Shown piece after piece: positions 1 through 11,100 of a DNA stretch of 64,000 nt. Every line of letters begins with the position of its first letter. Position 1 is the stretch's first letter. The DNA lies in the NCBI GenBank assembly GCA_904501975.1, contig CAJGCZ010000002.1, positions 47,308 through 111,307 on the forward strand, given 5' to 3'. A model generated the notes under the pieces. That model had not been told where the DNA came from. It did no database searches and saw only the letters and a list, made by a program, of their open reading frames with translations. Source of the DNA: an uncultured Akkermansia sp. (GTDB lineage: Bacteria > Verrucomicrobiota > Verrucomicrobiia > Verrucomicrobiales > Akkermansiaceae). The position numbers and the translations under genes were made by a program.

Positions 1-142
1 TGATAATGGGCTTCCAGTCGGTCTTCACCACCTCGGCTTCCTGAGCGGGCATCTCTTCAACAGCAGGAGACGTGGTATTCTCTGTCACCTCGGGAGCGAC
101 ATCAGCTGTTTGCTTCTTGTTGTAATTCTTCTTACGAGACAT
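1..142 (-). CDS. N-terminal part of a CDS running off the window start (MSRKKNYNKKQTADVAPEVTEN...), product unknown
   Basis: ATG at 142 on the minus strand, open to position 1, directly downstream of the MFS gene. Confidence 0.6.
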   Translation of the reverse strand, partial: MSRKKNYNKKQTADVAPEVTENTTSPAVEEMPAQEAEVVKTDWKPII

Positions 143-170
143 AATAATGTAAAATCAGAAGGTTCAGAGA

Positions 171-1655
171 TTAGGCGTTCGTGGTAGCAGCCTCGTCCTC
201 GGAGGCCTCAGAAGCGGTTTCGGAAGCGGACTCGGCAGCATCCTCCTCGGGCTTGTCAGAAACGAAGCTGTCCTTGGTAAGGATGATGGCGATGGGAGAA
301 ATGAAAGCCATAATCATGTACAGCGTCCACATGAACTCGGGAGAGTTCCAGAAGGTAATGTGGCCGGTATCCATCTTGGCGGCAATGCCGTCGTAGCAGA
401 AGTAAGATACCAGCAAGCCACCTACCACACCGTTGATGGGCTTGGCAATGAACATGGGAAGAGCGGAAAGTGACATGTAGGAGGCCACTTTATCCTTCGG
501 GGCTACACGAGCCACGTACTCGGAGAAACGCGGGCTGAAGAGCAACTCACCGGAGGCGAATACGATAATCTGGGCAACGATGGCAAAGAAATATGCTTGG
601 CCTACCGTCTCGATACCGGGAATGATGAAGTACCACTCCGGCGGGATAGCGAGCAGAATCATCGAACAGGCAGAAATCGTCATACCGGAAATCATGAGCT
701 TCACCGTGGAGAAGCGATTAAGAATCGGAATGATGAGAATAAGGCCGGTGATAATGATGAAGGGGTTGAATGAGTTTACCAGACCCAGGGAGAAGTCATC
801 GCCAATGGCACGGGTGTAGTACTGGGGCATCACCAAGAATTGCAAGGTGAATACCAAGCGCACACCAAGGGTAAGCACCAAGAACACAATGAGCTTCTGG
901 AAGGGCTTCTCCTTAGCAACCTCAGCAATCAGCTGCAAGGGGCGACGCTTGGCGGCCTCGTTCTTAGCAATGCGTTCCTCGGGCACAGCGTAGTTATCTT
1001 CATCAATCAAGCGAGTGAAAATGAAGGCAACAACGTTGCAGGCCGTACCAATGTTAACCACCCACCACAAGCTGTTAATGGGGCCGAAGGCGGCACGCAG
1101 CGGATCCACAATGGCAATACCGGCAAGGAAGGCGCCGATATTCATGAACAGGTAGTAGAAGTTGAAACCTGTCGGGCGGGCGCGAAGCGTGGTGAAGCGG
1201 CGAATGGAGGTGGAGATACAGGGGCTCATGAAGGCGGTGCCGAAAGAAAGAATGGCAATACCGGCAATCACGAAGTACTTAGATTGCTCCTGAGACAAAC
1301 CACACACGTGCATACCGAAGTCTGAGCCCAACCCCATAATCAGACGGCCGCCGATAAGCAGCGCGAAACCGATGAGGTAGGTCTTTTTCAGACCAATGAT
1401 ATCACAGATGGTGCCCACGGCAAAAACAAACATGGACAGGAACAGGGTATACATGCCTACCCAGTAAGGTGCGTCGGCATCATTGAAGCCGCAATAGTCC
1501 TTCAAGAACAGTGTAAACACGATGATTAGCGTAAAGTACGACAAACCATCGAAGAACTGGATGAAGTTGGTGTACCAGAATTCTTTGCTGCAATCACGCA
1601 GCACCTTGAACTCCGAGAAGTACTTGGCTATGGGGTTTTGTTTTTCAGCGCTCAT
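171..1655 (-). CDS. MFS transporter, POT/PTR-like peptide permease
   Basis: About 12 hydrophobic segments; GFNFYYLFMNIGA and GELLFSP..EY motifs resemble PTR2-family transporters. Confidence 0.75.
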   Translation of the reverse strand: MSAEKQNPIAKYFSEFKVLRDCSKEFWYTNFIQFFDGLSYFTLIIVFTLFLKDYCGFNDADAPYWVGMYTLFLSMFVFAVGTICDIIGLKKTYLIGFALLIGGRLIMGLGSDFGMHVCGLSQEQSKYFVIAGIAILSFGTAFMSPCISTSIRRFTTLRARPTGFNFYYLFMNIGAFLAGIAIVDPLRAAFGPINSLWWVVNIGTACNVVAFIFTRLIDEDNYAVPEERIAKNEAAKRRPLQLIAEVAKEKPFQKLIVFLVLTLGVRLVFTLQFLVMPQYYTRAIGDDFSLGLVNSFNPFIIITGLILIIPILNRFSTVKLMISGMTISACSMILLAIPPEWYFIIPGIETVGQAYFFAIVAQIIVFASGELLFSPRFSEYVARVAPKDKVASYMSLSALPMFIAKPINGVVGGLLVSYFCYDGIAAKMDTGHITFWNSPEFMWTLYMIMAFISPIAIILTKDSFVSDKPEEDAAESASETASEASEDEAATTNA

Positions 1656-1693
1656 TATATTGATATTCTGAGTGTTGTTTTGGGGGTGAGAGG

Positions 1694-3361
1694 TTAGGAG
1701 AGGACGGCTCCCTTACTTGCGTTGGTGGCCAGTTTACGGTAGCGTTTTAGCCACTTGCCATCCACCTCTTGCATGGTGGGTTGCCATGAGGCGCGGCGAG
1801 CGGCAATCTCCTCATCGCTGAGCTCAGCGGTGATAGAGCGGTTGGGGATATCGATGGAGATGATGTCGCCATCCTTCAGGAGACCGATAAGGCCACCCTC
1901 AGCCGCCTCAGGAGAGACATGCCCGATGCAAGCGCCGTGCGTAGCACCGGAGAAACGACCATCCGTAATAAGGGCAACACTGTTGCCAAGGCCCTTACCC
2001 ATGATATAGCTGGTGGGAGCCAGCATTTCTTGCATGCCGGGCCCACCTTTGGGGCCTTCGTTGCGGATGACTACCACATCGCCGGGCTTCACCTTATCCG
2101 CCAAGATACCAGCACAAGCATCTTCCTGGCTTTCAAAGATAACGGCCGGGCCGCGGTGAACCATCATTTCCGGCAATACGCCGGCTTTTTTGACGATGGA
2201 CCCCTGCTCTGCCAAATTACCGAACAGAACAGCAAGACCACCATCGGGAGAATAGGCATTGTCAATCGTGCGAATGACAACCGGGTCCTGTGTAGACAAG
2301 CCCTCCATCTGCTCCGCAAGGGTTTTACCGCTTACCGTGGGCAAATCTGTATGGAGAGCACCGGGAATCTTGTTAATTTCTGCAAGAATGGTCATGATAC
2401 CGCCGGCGCGCAGCACATCGTGCATGTGGAAGCGGGAGCTGGGGGCAACCTTGCAGATATTGGGGGTACGGCGGGAAATCTCATCAATGCGGTGCAGGTC
2501 GTACTCAAAGCCGGCCTCTGCAGCAAAAGCCAAGGTGTGCAGCACCGTGTTTGAAGAACCACCCATGGCCATATCGCAGGTAAAGACGTTGTCGATAGCC
2601 TTTTCCGTAATCAAATCGCGGGGGCACGGGCCACCCTGCAGCGCCATCTCTACGGCGCGGCGGGCAGCGGCACGCCACAACTCCTTGCGTTCTTCGGAAA
2701 GAGCCAGTAAGGTACCATTGCCGGGCAAAGCCAAACCAAGCACCTCGCACAGACAGTTCATGGAATTGGCAGTGAACATGCCGGAGCAGGAACCGGCTCC
2801 CGGGCAAGCGTTGCACTCAACAAAGTGCAATTCTTCCTCCGTAATTTTACCGGCTGTGCAGGCGGCTACAGCTTCAAACACGCTGTTCAGGTCCAAATCC
2901 TCGCCATTGCGGCCTTTACCCACAGCCATAGGACCACCGGAGCAGAAAATGGTAGGAATATTGCAACGCAGCGCGCCCATCACCATGCCGGGCACAATCT
3001 TGTCGCAATTCGGAATGCAGATACAAGCATCGAACGCATGAGCACTCAGCATGGTTTCAACACTGTCCGCAATCAGCTCACGGCTGGCAAGGGAGAACTT
3101 CATGCCGTGGTGAGCCATGGCTATACCATCACATACACCGATTAGGTTGAACTCAATAGGCGTACCGCCGGCTTTACGCACCTCGGCTTTAATGAGCTCG
3201 GCCACTTTGTTCAAATGCACATGGCCGGGAATCACCTCGTTAAACGAATTACAGATGGCGATGAAGGGCTTACGAATGTCCTCATCGCTCATACCCGTGG
3301 CACGCATCAAACTGCGATGCGGCGCACGTTCTATACCGGATTTTGTACGGTCTGATAACAT
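1694..3361 (-). CDS. ilvD: Dihydroxy-acid dehydratase
   Basis: [44 protein letters not shown] and TDGRFSG motifs. Confidence 0.97.
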   Translation of the reverse strand: MLSDRTKSGIERAPHRSLMRATGMSDEDIRKPFIAICNSFNEVIPGHVHLNKVAELIKAEVRKAGGTPIEFNLIGVCDGIAMAHHGMKFSLASRELIADSVETMLSAHAFDACICIPNCDKIVPGMVMGALRCNIPTIFCSGGPMAVGKGRNGEDLDLNSVFEAVAACTAGKITEEELHFVECNACPGAGSCSGMFTANSMNCLCEVLGLALPGNGTLLALSEERKELWRAAARRAVEMALQGGPCPRDLITEKAIDNVFTCDMAMGGSSNTVLHTLAFAAEAGFEYDLHRIDEISRRTPNICKVAPSSRFHMHDVLRAGGIMTILAEINKIPGALHTDLPTVSGKTLAEQMEGLSTQDPVVIRTIDNAYSPDGGLAVLFGNLAEQGSIVKKAGVLPEMMVHRGPAVIFESQEDACAGILADKVKPGDVVVIRNEGPKGGPGMQEMLAPTSYIMGKGLGNSVALITDGRFSGATHGACIGHVSPEAAEGGLIGLLKDGDIISIDIPNRSITAELSDEEIAARRASWQPTMQEVDGKWLKRYRKLATNASKGAVLS

Positions 3362-3370
3362 AGCGCGCTT

Positions 3371-3400
3371 ATTGTATCATAAATTAAACTACATTTCCAG
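3371..3400 (-). promoter_or_regulatory. Putative sigma70 promoter of ilvD (CTGGAA-18-TACAAT, TG extension), -10 box 9 nt before ATG
   Basis: Read on the reverse complement. Confidence 0.55.
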
Positions 3401-3431
3401 CCAAAAAAATTCTACTGACTTCTTTTCCACC

Positions 3432-3460
3432 TTGACGAGCCCTCAATCCGGGTGTACTAT
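3432..3460 (+). promoter_or_regulatory. Sigma70 promoter TTGACG-17-TACTAT, 7 nt before the ATG at 3468
   Basis: Near-consensus boxes with 17-nt spacer. Confidence 0.75.
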
Positions 3461-3467
3461 AGCCGAC

Positions 3468-3875
3468 ATGGTAAAGTGCAAAATGACATATCAGGGAGGG
3501 CTGCATTGCATGGTGCAGCATGGGCCGAGCGGAGCAACGCTTGCAACAGACGCACCCGTTGATAACCACGGCAAAGGTGAATCTTTTTCGCCTACGGACC
3601 TGATGTGTTCCGCCATGGCTGCCTGCATGGCCACCATTATGGGCATTTATGCAGACAAAGAAGGCTTAAACCTTGAAGGATGCACCATAGAGGTAGGCAA
3701 GGAAATGAGCGCTAACCCGCGCCGCATTGCCCGCATCGAAACCGTTATCAATGTTCCCCTGCCCGCAGATAATCCTCACAAACAGGCACTTGCCGACTGC
3801 GTACTTGGCAGCCCCGCCATGCTGAGTCTGCACCCGGAGATTGAAGTACCCATCACGTGGAATTGGTTAGGGTAA
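3468..3875 (+). CDS. OsmC/Ohr family protein (start revised from 3117 to ATG 3468)
   Basis: TDAPVDNHGKGESFSPTDL...ACM motif; the upstream extension overlaps ilvD and the promoter. Confidence 0.85.
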   Translation: MVKCKMTYQGGLHCMVQHGPSGATLATDAPVDNHGKGESFSPTDLMCSAMAACMATIMGIYADKEGLNLEGCTIEVGKEMSANPRRIARIETVINVPLPADNPHKQALADCVLGSPAMLSLHPEIEVPITWNWLG

Positions 3876-3891
3876 GCATACCCCCTGTACC

Positions 3892-4347
3892 ATGAACAGA
3901 CTTAAATACATTTATTGGATAACGCCGCTGTTTATTCTGCTCAGCTGCGGCAGAATGCTCTGCGGACTACTGGGCACCGGTTGGCTTATGGCACTGGTGC
4001 TGCTCCCCTTTATTCTGCTGACGTGGGGTATCGTATGGATGCGCCTGTACGGCATGAATAAACTGCGCCCGGAGTTTGCCATCCTCTCTATTTTACCGCA
4101 AAGTGTTTACTTTGTTGCCAAAGGAACAGGTACCACCCTCCTGCACCAGGCGGAGTGGCAAAACCTGTATGCTATGAGCTGGATAGCATTTGCTGTTATC
4201 ATTATTTTAAGTCTGCGCCCCGGCGACAAAACGGATACTAAAACCGCACTCTCCAAAGACCACATTTTTATCATGATGAGCATTCTTACCGTTGTATACG
4301 CCTTCACCACCATGGGGGCATACGCGGCTGAGATTTGCTACCCTTAA
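3892..4347 (+). CDS. Hypothetical integral membrane protein
   Basis: About 5 hydrophobic segments; co-oriented in an operon. Confidence 0.65.
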   Translation: MNRLKYIYWITPLFILLSCGRMLCGLLGTGWLMALVLLPFILLTWGIVWMRLYGMNKLRPEFAILSILPQSVYFVAKGTGTTLLHQAEWQNLYAMSWIAFAVIIILSLRPGDKTDTKTALSKDHIFIMMSILTVVYAFTTMGAYAAEICYP

Positions 4348-4367
4348 ACTTTCAATGATTTACTAAC

Positions 4368-5099
4368 ATGAAAAAGACCGCATTAACCTTCTCCGCCTCT
4401 GCCCTGATTGCAGCCTTGGCTTCCTGTAGTTCTCCTTACGATGATTGGGCTTTGCCAACCGTCGTCAACAAACGCCGTCCGGCCCCTGCCCCCTCAACCC
4501 AAATACAGCCTGAGTTTGAGAAACCGGCACCCAAGCCCACCCCCAAACCCACTGTACAAATTCAGCCCGAGTTTGAGAAACCGGCCCCCAAACCCACCGT
4601 GCAAGTACAGCCCGAGTTTGAGAAACCCGCACCCAAGCCGGAACCCAAACCCACCGTGCAAGTACAGCCCGAGTTTGAGAAACCGGCACCCAAGCCGGAA
4701 CCCAAGCCCACTGTACAAGTACAGCCCGAGTTTGAGAAACCCGCACCCAAGCCGGCCCCCAAACCCGCTGAGCAAATGCAGCCTGAGTTTGAAAAGACAC
4801 AGCTGACTCCGCAGCCCAAACCGACAACACAAGTACAACCTGAGCTGCCCAAGCCTGCACCGGAAGTTAAGCCTGTTGCTGTAGTCACCCCGAAACCTCA
4901 GCCCAAGCCCGTTGTCAAGGCTCAGGAACCCGTAAAACCGGTTACGGTAGCTACACTTCCGAATCGTCAGGTGCAGCCGGATTTTGAAAAGCCGCGCAAG
5001 CCCAAGCACAGCGGCCCGCAAGCTGTCATGTCAGCTGACGAAAAGCAGAAATACCCGGTCATGCCCGGTCAAAACCGCGCCCTGAAGCGTCGTCGCTAA
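4368..5099 (+). CDS. Proline/lysine-rich repeat lipoprotein
   Basis: Signal peptide with lipobox ALAS-C; tandem QVQPEFEKPAPKP(EPKP)TV repeats. Confidence 0.75.
   Translation: MKKTALTFSASALIAALASCSSPYDDWALPTVVNKRRPAPAPSTQIQPEFEKPAPKPTPKPTVQIQPEFEKPAPKPTVQVQPEFEKPAPKPEPKPTVQVQPEFEKPAPKPEPKPTVQVQPEFEKPAPKPAPKPAEQMQPEFEKTQLTPQPKPTTQVQPELPKPAPEVKPVAVVTPKPQPKPVVKAQEPVKPVTVATLPNRQVQPDFEKPRKPKHSGPQAVMSADEKQKYPVMPGQNRALKRRR
4497..4862 (+). repeat. Coding tandem repeat of about 7 imperfect units (mostly 57 nt, one 45 nt)
   Basis: Recurring cagcc(c/t)gagtttgagaaacc.gc.cccaa core. Confidence 0.9.
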
Positions 5100-5101
5100 T
5101 T

Positions 5102-5830
5102 ATGGCAAAACTGCGCCTCGATGTTCTTATTGCTCAGCGGGAGTTATGCGACTCCCGCGAGCAAGCGCGCCGCCTTATCGTCAACGGCGATGTCAAGGTT
5201 GATGGCTGCATTATCAACAAAGCCAGCACGAAAGTTGACGATACTGCTGAGATTGAAATACTTAATAAGCCGAAATATGTAAGCCGAGGCGGTCTTAAGC
5301 TGGAAGGCGCATTGCAGGCATTCCCGGTTTCCCCGGAAGGAAAAGTATGCCTCGATATCGGTGCCTCCACCGGTGGATTCACCGATTGCCTGTTACAGAA
5401 CGGCGCTACTCGTGTACACGCCGTGGATGTAGGCGTTGGGCAATTAGTAGACAAGCTGAGACAAGACCCGCGCGTTATCGTCAAAGAGCATTATAATGCG
5501 CGCTACATGACGCCCGAAGACTTGGGCGAGAAAGTAGAACTCATCGTTAGTGATGTGTCCTTCATTTCTCTTACCCGCATTCTACCTGCTGCTTATAGCT
5601 GCCTTGCAGAGGGCGGTGACATGCTGGTGCTGGTAAAACCACAATTTGAATTACAGCCGGAAGACATTGGGCCCGGTGGCATTGTTCGTAACCCGGAGCT
5701 ACATCAGCGAGCCGTAAACAGAATTCGAGATTTTGTAGTAAACGAGCTGGGTAAACAATGGATGGGGGTAGCAGATTCCCCCATCAAAGGAATGGACGGA
5801 AACCGAGAGTTCCTCGCCTGGCTACGCTGA
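5102..5830 (+). CDS. tlyA: TlyA family rRNA 2'-O-methyltransferase (S4 + FtsJ domains)
   Basis: RLDVL, YVSRGGLKL, LDIGASTGGFTD, DVSFISL, LVKPQFE and GNREF motifs. Confidence 0.93.
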   Translation: MAKLRLDVLIAQRELCDSREQARRLIVNGDVKVDGCIINKASTKVDDTAEIEILNKPKYVSRGGLKLEGALQAFPVSPEGKVCLDIGASTGGFTDCLLQNGATRVHAVDVGVGQLVDKLRQDPRVIVKEHYNARYMTPEDLGEKVELIVSDVSFISLTRILPAAYSCLAEGGDMLVLVKPQFELQPEDIGPGGIVRNPELHQRAVNRIRDFVVNELGKQWMGVADSPIKGMDGNREFLAWLR

Positions 5831-5875
5831 CTCCCCGCAAAAGTCGGAGCATTATAACCTAGATTCAAGAATTTT

Positions 5876-5912
5876 AAATCCCCATCGAAGCAGCTGCTCC
5901 GATGGGGATTTT
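5876..5912. terminator. Bidirectional intrinsic terminator
   Basis: aaatccccatcg...cgatggggattt hairpin between convergent genes. Confidence 0.8.
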
Positions 5913-5935
5913 CAGTATCAGATATAAGAGCTAAA

Positions 5936-7027
5936 TTAGTACTTAGCAACAACCTGCTTCATGGCATCCATCTGGGCCTCGATGGACTCAACGAGGGCAA
6001 TCTGGGTGCGGCAGCGATCCAAGTTGTGCTCCGGACGCTTAATCTTGAAGTAGGTGTCACCCTCCAAGTAGTCGGTCAGGAAGCGCATACCGCACTCCAT
6101 GGTAAGCAACTTACCGGAGAACGGAAGGAGCTCCTTCTCAAGCGGAGTAAGGAAGGTAGCAGCCTCGCAGTAACCCTTGGCGAGAGCCTCAAAGTACTCC
6201 ATGCGCATGGTAACGAGAGAGGTGTTCTTCTCGTCCTCAGCAGCAGGAGAGGTAGAGGTACGAATCATGTCACCGAAGTCGTACAGGGAGGAACCGGGCA
6301 TGGTGGTATCGAGGTCGATTACGCAAATACCTTCGCCGGTCACGTCGTCAAGCATCACGTTGTTGAGCTTGGTATCATTGTGAGTGACACGCAGGGGCAG
6401 CTCACCGCTAGCCAAGTAGTTCACGACCATGTGGCAGTCAGCCTCGCGGGAAAGGAACCAATCGATTTCCTTCTGCACAGAAGCAGCACGACCCAGCGGG
6501 TCAGCAGCCAAAGCAGCTTGGAAGTTCTTGAAGCGCTTCGTGGTGTTGTGGAAATCGGGAATCGTCTCAAAGAGAGGAGCGCCGGGAAGATTGGCACCCA
6601 ACTTCTGGAAGTTACCGAAAGCACGAGCCACCTCAATGCACTGGCCGGGGTTCTCAATCATGTCGTATGTGCGAGCACGATCAATGAACGGATACACACG
6701 CCATACATTGCCGTCAGCATCCTGAGCGTAGGGCTTGCCATCCTTTGCACAAACGATGGTCAGCGTGCGGCGATAAGCCTCCTTGCAGCCTTCCTCAAGA
6801 AGAACGCGCAGAGCTTCATCCGTAACGCGCTTGACGTTTTCCATCAGGGGGATGGGCTGACGGAACACATTGCTGTTAATGCGCTGCAGAATGTAGCTTA
6901 CACGAAGACCGGCTTGGTCAACGATAACACGGAAGGTATCGTTAATGTGGCCGGAGCCATAAGATTCGCCGAAAACGAAGTCGCCACGAAGGTCGAACAT
7001 TCCGGCAATGGTCTTAATATCGTACAT
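5936..7027 (-). CDS. APH-fold phosphotransferase, N-acetylhexosamine 1-kinase-like
   Basis: GHINDT, LQRIN, HNDTKLNN, VIDLDT and RFLTDYL motifs. Confidence 0.85.
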   Translation of the reverse strand: MYDIKTIAGMFDLRGDFVFGESYGSGHINDTFRVIVDQAGLRVSYILQRINSNVFRQPIPLMENVKRVTDEALRVLLEEGCKEAYRRTLTIVCAKDGKPYAQDADGNVWRVYPFIDRARTYDMIENPGQCIEVARAFGNFQKLGANLPGAPLFETIPDFHNTTKRFKNFQAALAADPLGRAASVQKEIDWFLSREADCHMVVNYLASGELPLRVTHNDTKLNNVMLDDVTGEGICVIDLDTTMPGSSLYDFGDMIRTSTSPAAEDEKNTSLVTMRMEYFEALAKGYCEAATFLTPLEKELLPFSGKLLTMECGMRFLTDYLEGDTYFKIKRPEHNLDRCRTQIALVESIEAQMDAMKQVVAKY

Positions 7028-7038
7028 AAGAAAAGGAA

Positions 7039-7953
7039 TTAACCGAGTTTAGCGGGATATACACCCTCTTCCACAAGCTTAGCAATGCTTTCTACAACGG
7101 CGGGCTTATCGCTGGGATATGTTACACCCAACCAGTTAGCCGTGGTCTTGATAACGCTGCAATCAGCCTTACCATTGTGAATCAGCTCATCAACAACGGT
7201 AGGAATGTAGCACTCGCTCTTCAGCTCAGAACCGTGCTCGGCCATGAAGTGGGTGAAGTGCTCCTTAATGCGGGCAATAAAGCTGGCGGGGAATACCCAG
7301 AAGTTCATGGATACCAACTCCTCGGGATCTACGGGCTTGCGCTCACCGGAGAGGCTGTCGCCACGGCATACACCGTCTTCCTCCATCTTAATCTTGGTGT
7401 ACTCCTCAACACTGTCGAGGTAACCGTCCTGAATACCGCAGATACCGCGGTTTACATCACCGTGGTCACTCAGCGTATTCTTAAGGGGATAACCAATCAT
7501 GCCGTAGTGCTCCTTGCAGGGGCAACCGGGCTCAGCAGTAAGGAACTCAGCAGCCTTGATGAAGGCGTCTGCACCATAGAAGTCGTCAGCATTGACAACA
7601 CCAAAGGGTTCGTTAACAACGTCGCGAGCAGCAAGAAGAGCGTGAGCAGTACCCCAAGGCTTCACGCGGCCTTCCGGTACGCTGTAACCCTCAGGAAGAT
7701 CCTCCAAGCACTGGAAGGCGTAATCCACCTCAATCTTACCGGCAAAACGAGCACCAACCTGGCTCTTGAAAGCCTCTTCGAAGTCCTTACGAATGATGAA
7801 CACAACCTTACCGAAACCGGCACGGATGGCATCATACACGGAGTAATCAAGGATAACTTCACCATTGGGGCCCATCGGGTCCAACTGCTTGAGGCCACCG
7901 TAACGGCTGCCCATACCTGCTGCGAGAACAAGAAGTGTAGGTTTCATAATCAA
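7039..7953 (-). CDS. Sugar-phosphate nucleotidyltransferase
   Basis: LAAGMGSRYGGLKQ, KPWGTAHA and NADDFYG motifs; start probably ATG at 7947. Confidence 0.9.
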   Translation of the reverse strand: MIMKPTLLVLAAGMGSRYGGLKQLDPMGPNGEVILDYSVYDAIRAGFGKVVFIIRKDFEEAFKSQVGARFAGKIEVDYAFQCLEDLPEGYSVPEGRVKPWGTAHALLAARDVVNEPFGVVNADDFYGADAFIKAAEFLTAEPGCPCKEHYGMIGYPLKNTLSDHGDVNRGICGIQDGYLDSVEEYTKIKMEEDGVCRGDSLSGERKPVDPEELVSMNFWVFPASFIARIKEHFTHFMAEHGSELKSECYIPTVVDELIHNGKADCSVIKTTANWLGVTYPSDKPAVVESIAKLVEEGVYPAKLG

Positions 7954-7980
7954 AAATTGTAGTACTGTCGGTACACCCCT

Positions 7981-8009
7981 ATTCTACACAGAATCGCCTA
8001 CCTTGGCAA
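7981..8009 (-). promoter_or_regulatory. Sigma70 promoter TTGCCA-17-TAGAAT of the nucleotidyltransferase-kinase operon
   Basis: Reverse-complement reading. Confidence 0.7.
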
Positions 8010-8057
8010 GAAGAAAGAAACAAATATCCCGATAACACGCGGTTTTATAGCGACTAA

Positions 8058-8090
8058 ATCGGCGTGACTCACTGATAAAGCCACGCCGAT
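8058..8090. terminator. Hairpin downstream of metH
   Basis: atcggcgtg...cacgccgat inverted repeat. Confidence 0.5.
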
Positions 8091-8120
8091 GATATAAAAC
8101 ATGCCCTATTTATGCCGAAT

Positions 8121-11100
8121 TCAGACAGGTAATCGGTGCCCGCTACGCGCTTCGTAATCGGCTCGTTGGTCATCACCAATAGGCCCGACGGCGAAATATT
8201 GTGCTGAGGGATGATTAAAAATAAGAGCACAGATGGCAGAAGAAGGTTGCATCATGCAGGTTTCCGTCAAGGAGGTACCGGTGCGCTCTGTTGCATTCAG
8301 CAAGGAGAAGACGGTGCGTTTTTCCTGATGGTCAGGCTGAGAGGGATAACCGCAGGCGGGGCGAACCATATTGGATTCTGCAACAGGCCATATCTGCTCC
8401 ACACAATCCTGCGTGCACTCAGCCAATGCCTCTGCCAACATGTTGGCAAGGGCAGAAATCAGCAAGGCGTTGTAGGGATCATTGGAGGCATTCAGTTCTG
8501 CGCTCCATTCATCGGCACCGGTAATAGCCATTTGCATGGCTCCTACATAGCCATTCTTTTCCTGCACTAAGTCAGCCAAAGCCACTCGTGGTTTATCGCA
8601 CACTTTTTGTTGGCGCAGGGAATACAGCACGGCACCCCCCTGCACTGCAATATCATCGCCACAGCGTGCGGCCGGCCAAATACCAAAGCAGGAACGGGCA
8701 TGGATGCGACCCTCTGCTAAAGCACGATTCAAGAGAGCCTCGGCATCCGCCCTCAATTTATCAGCTTCGCGTTTCTTTTCTTCCGTTCGGGCATTATGCA
8801 TACCAAAGGTTCGCAGTGTAATGCTCCAATCAGCCTTAGCAAGCAATTGCTCCCAAGAAAGCGGAAAATCCGGCTGCGGATGATGGCAAGCACAGCCTTC
8901 GGGCACCCCTACGGTAAACACACCGGTTTTCAGCGGTTGAGGCTGTGCGACCTCATAAACCGGGGCAGCCTTGCGAGCCTCTGCCAACGACATCAAGGGC
9001 ACCTCTTTGGCAGTAAATTCAGCGCAAAGGCGAGATTGTTCCGCACGATGCTCGGTCTTAAATGCCTCTGCCGTAGCAGACACCAAAGCCGATGCCACCG
9101 GAACAATGGTGGAAGCATCTGCCGTTTGCACCACAACTCCACTCGGGTAATGGGGTGCCAATTTAAGCGCGGTATGCAAGGGACTGGTGGTAGCACCACC
9201 CACCAACAACGGAAGCGTCATCCCCTCTGCCTCCATGGCTGCGGCTACTGCGGCCATTTCATCCAAGGAGGGCGTAATTAAGCCGGAAAGCGCCACAAGG
9301 TCAGCATTCTCGCGCTTAGCTGCGGCTATGATATCCTCCTTAGGCACCATGACACCGAGGTCAACCACGCGGAAACCGTTGCAGGAAAGCACCACGCTAA
9401 CAATGTTCTTGCCAATATCATGAACATCACCCTTAACCGTGGCAATAACCACAGTTGCGGCAGCTTTTTGTCCGGATTGCTCCGCCTCAAGCAACGGGGT
9501 AAGTACAGCAACGCTTTGCTTCATCACGCGAGCGCTCTTAACTACTTGCGGTAAGAACATTTTACCACTACCGAACAGCTCACCGACCTGCTTCATGCCA
9601 TCCATCAACGGCCCCTCGATAACCTGAAGCGGCGAGCCGCATAACTCTAATGCTTCGCGCGTATCTGCTTCAATGAACTCAGTAATACCGTGCACCAGGG
9701 CATGCGCCAAGCGCTCCGGAACGGAGGCAGCACGCCAATCTGCCACTTGTTTGGGAGCAGGCGCCGGAGCACCGGCACCGGCGGATTTAAGCGCAGCCTT
9801 AGCCTCTGCCAATTCCTGAGCATAGGCAATAAGACACTCCGTAGCATCTTCGCAAGTATTCAGCAACACATCTTCCACCAATTTGCGGCGGTGTGCGGGT
9901 ATCGTAGCATAATCCGTCATCAACGCAGCGTTGACAATGCAAAGGTCGAGCCCACCCTTTGAGGCATAATGCAGGAAGGCACTGTGCATAGCCTCTCGCA
10001 CCGGGTTGTTACCACGGAAGGAGAACGATACATTGGATATACCGCCGGAAATATGGCAAAGAGGATGACTGCGGTGTATTTCCTCAGTGGCCATAAAGAA
10101 ATGGAGAGCATGGTTAGCATGCTCGGCAATACCCGTGCCTACCGTCAACACGTTGGGGTCAAAAATAATATCCTCCGGCGGGAAACCAACCTTCTGAGTC
10201 AACAGCTCGTAGGCTCGATGCGCGATAGCAATGCGGTCTTCGAGGCCGCAAGCCTGCCCCTTTTCATCAAAGCCCATCACCACGACAGCCGCACCGTATC
10301 GGCGAATCATCCGTGCGTGGTGAAGAAACTCCTCCTCGCCGTTCTTGAGCGATATGGAGTTTACAATCCCCTTACCTTGTACGCATTGCAAGCCTGCCTC
10401 TATCACCTCCCACTTGGAGGAATCAATCATGCACGGCACTCGGGCAATATCAGGCTCTGCTGCCACGAGATTCAAGAATCGGGTCATGGCTGCCGGGCCG
10501 TCAATCATACCGTCATCAAAGCAGAAATCGAGAACGCGAGCTCCTTTTTGCACCTGAGTGCGAGCAATCTCCAAGGCTTCCTCGTATTTTTCCTCGCGAA
10601 TGAGACGCGCAAACTTGGGTGAACCGGCCACATTGCATCGTTCTCCTACAAACATGATACCATCGCGGCGGTGATGAGTGTAGGGCTCCAAGCCGGAAAG
10701 GCAAAGAGAGCCATCGGACTCATGAGCAACAATGGTACGCGGAGCATAGCCCTGCACCGCCTCGCGAATAGCGGCAATGTACTCCGGAGTTGTTCCACAG
10801 CAACCGCCTACAAAGTTTAACAGCCCCTGTGCTGCATACTCTTTAAGAATATCTGCCATGTATGCAGCGGTATGGCCATAACCACCCGGGCTCAGAGGAT
10901 CCGGCAAACCGGCATTGGGATACATGCTGATAGCACAATCCGCCACACGAGCCAGCTCCTGAGCAAAGGGCAACATTAAGTCCGCCCCCAAAGCGCAGTT
11001 AATGCCAATAGCCAAGGGTTTTGCATGGCGCACGGAATGCCAGAACGCCTCTACCGTTTGTCCGCTCAAGGTACGCCCGGCTTTGTCGGTGATGGTAAAG

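Noticed and set aside
3117..3467. N-terminal extension of the OsmC ORF (likewise for nuoA, Sel1, htpG, the POT transporter, DciA and ferredoxin)
   Set aside because: These are longest-ORF artefacts overlapping promoters, terminators or neighbouring genes; internal ATGs fit the family starts better.
4497..4862. Regularly spaced repeats resembling a CRISPR array
   Set aside because: The units are in-frame coding repeats with no unique spacers, and there are no cas genes nearby.
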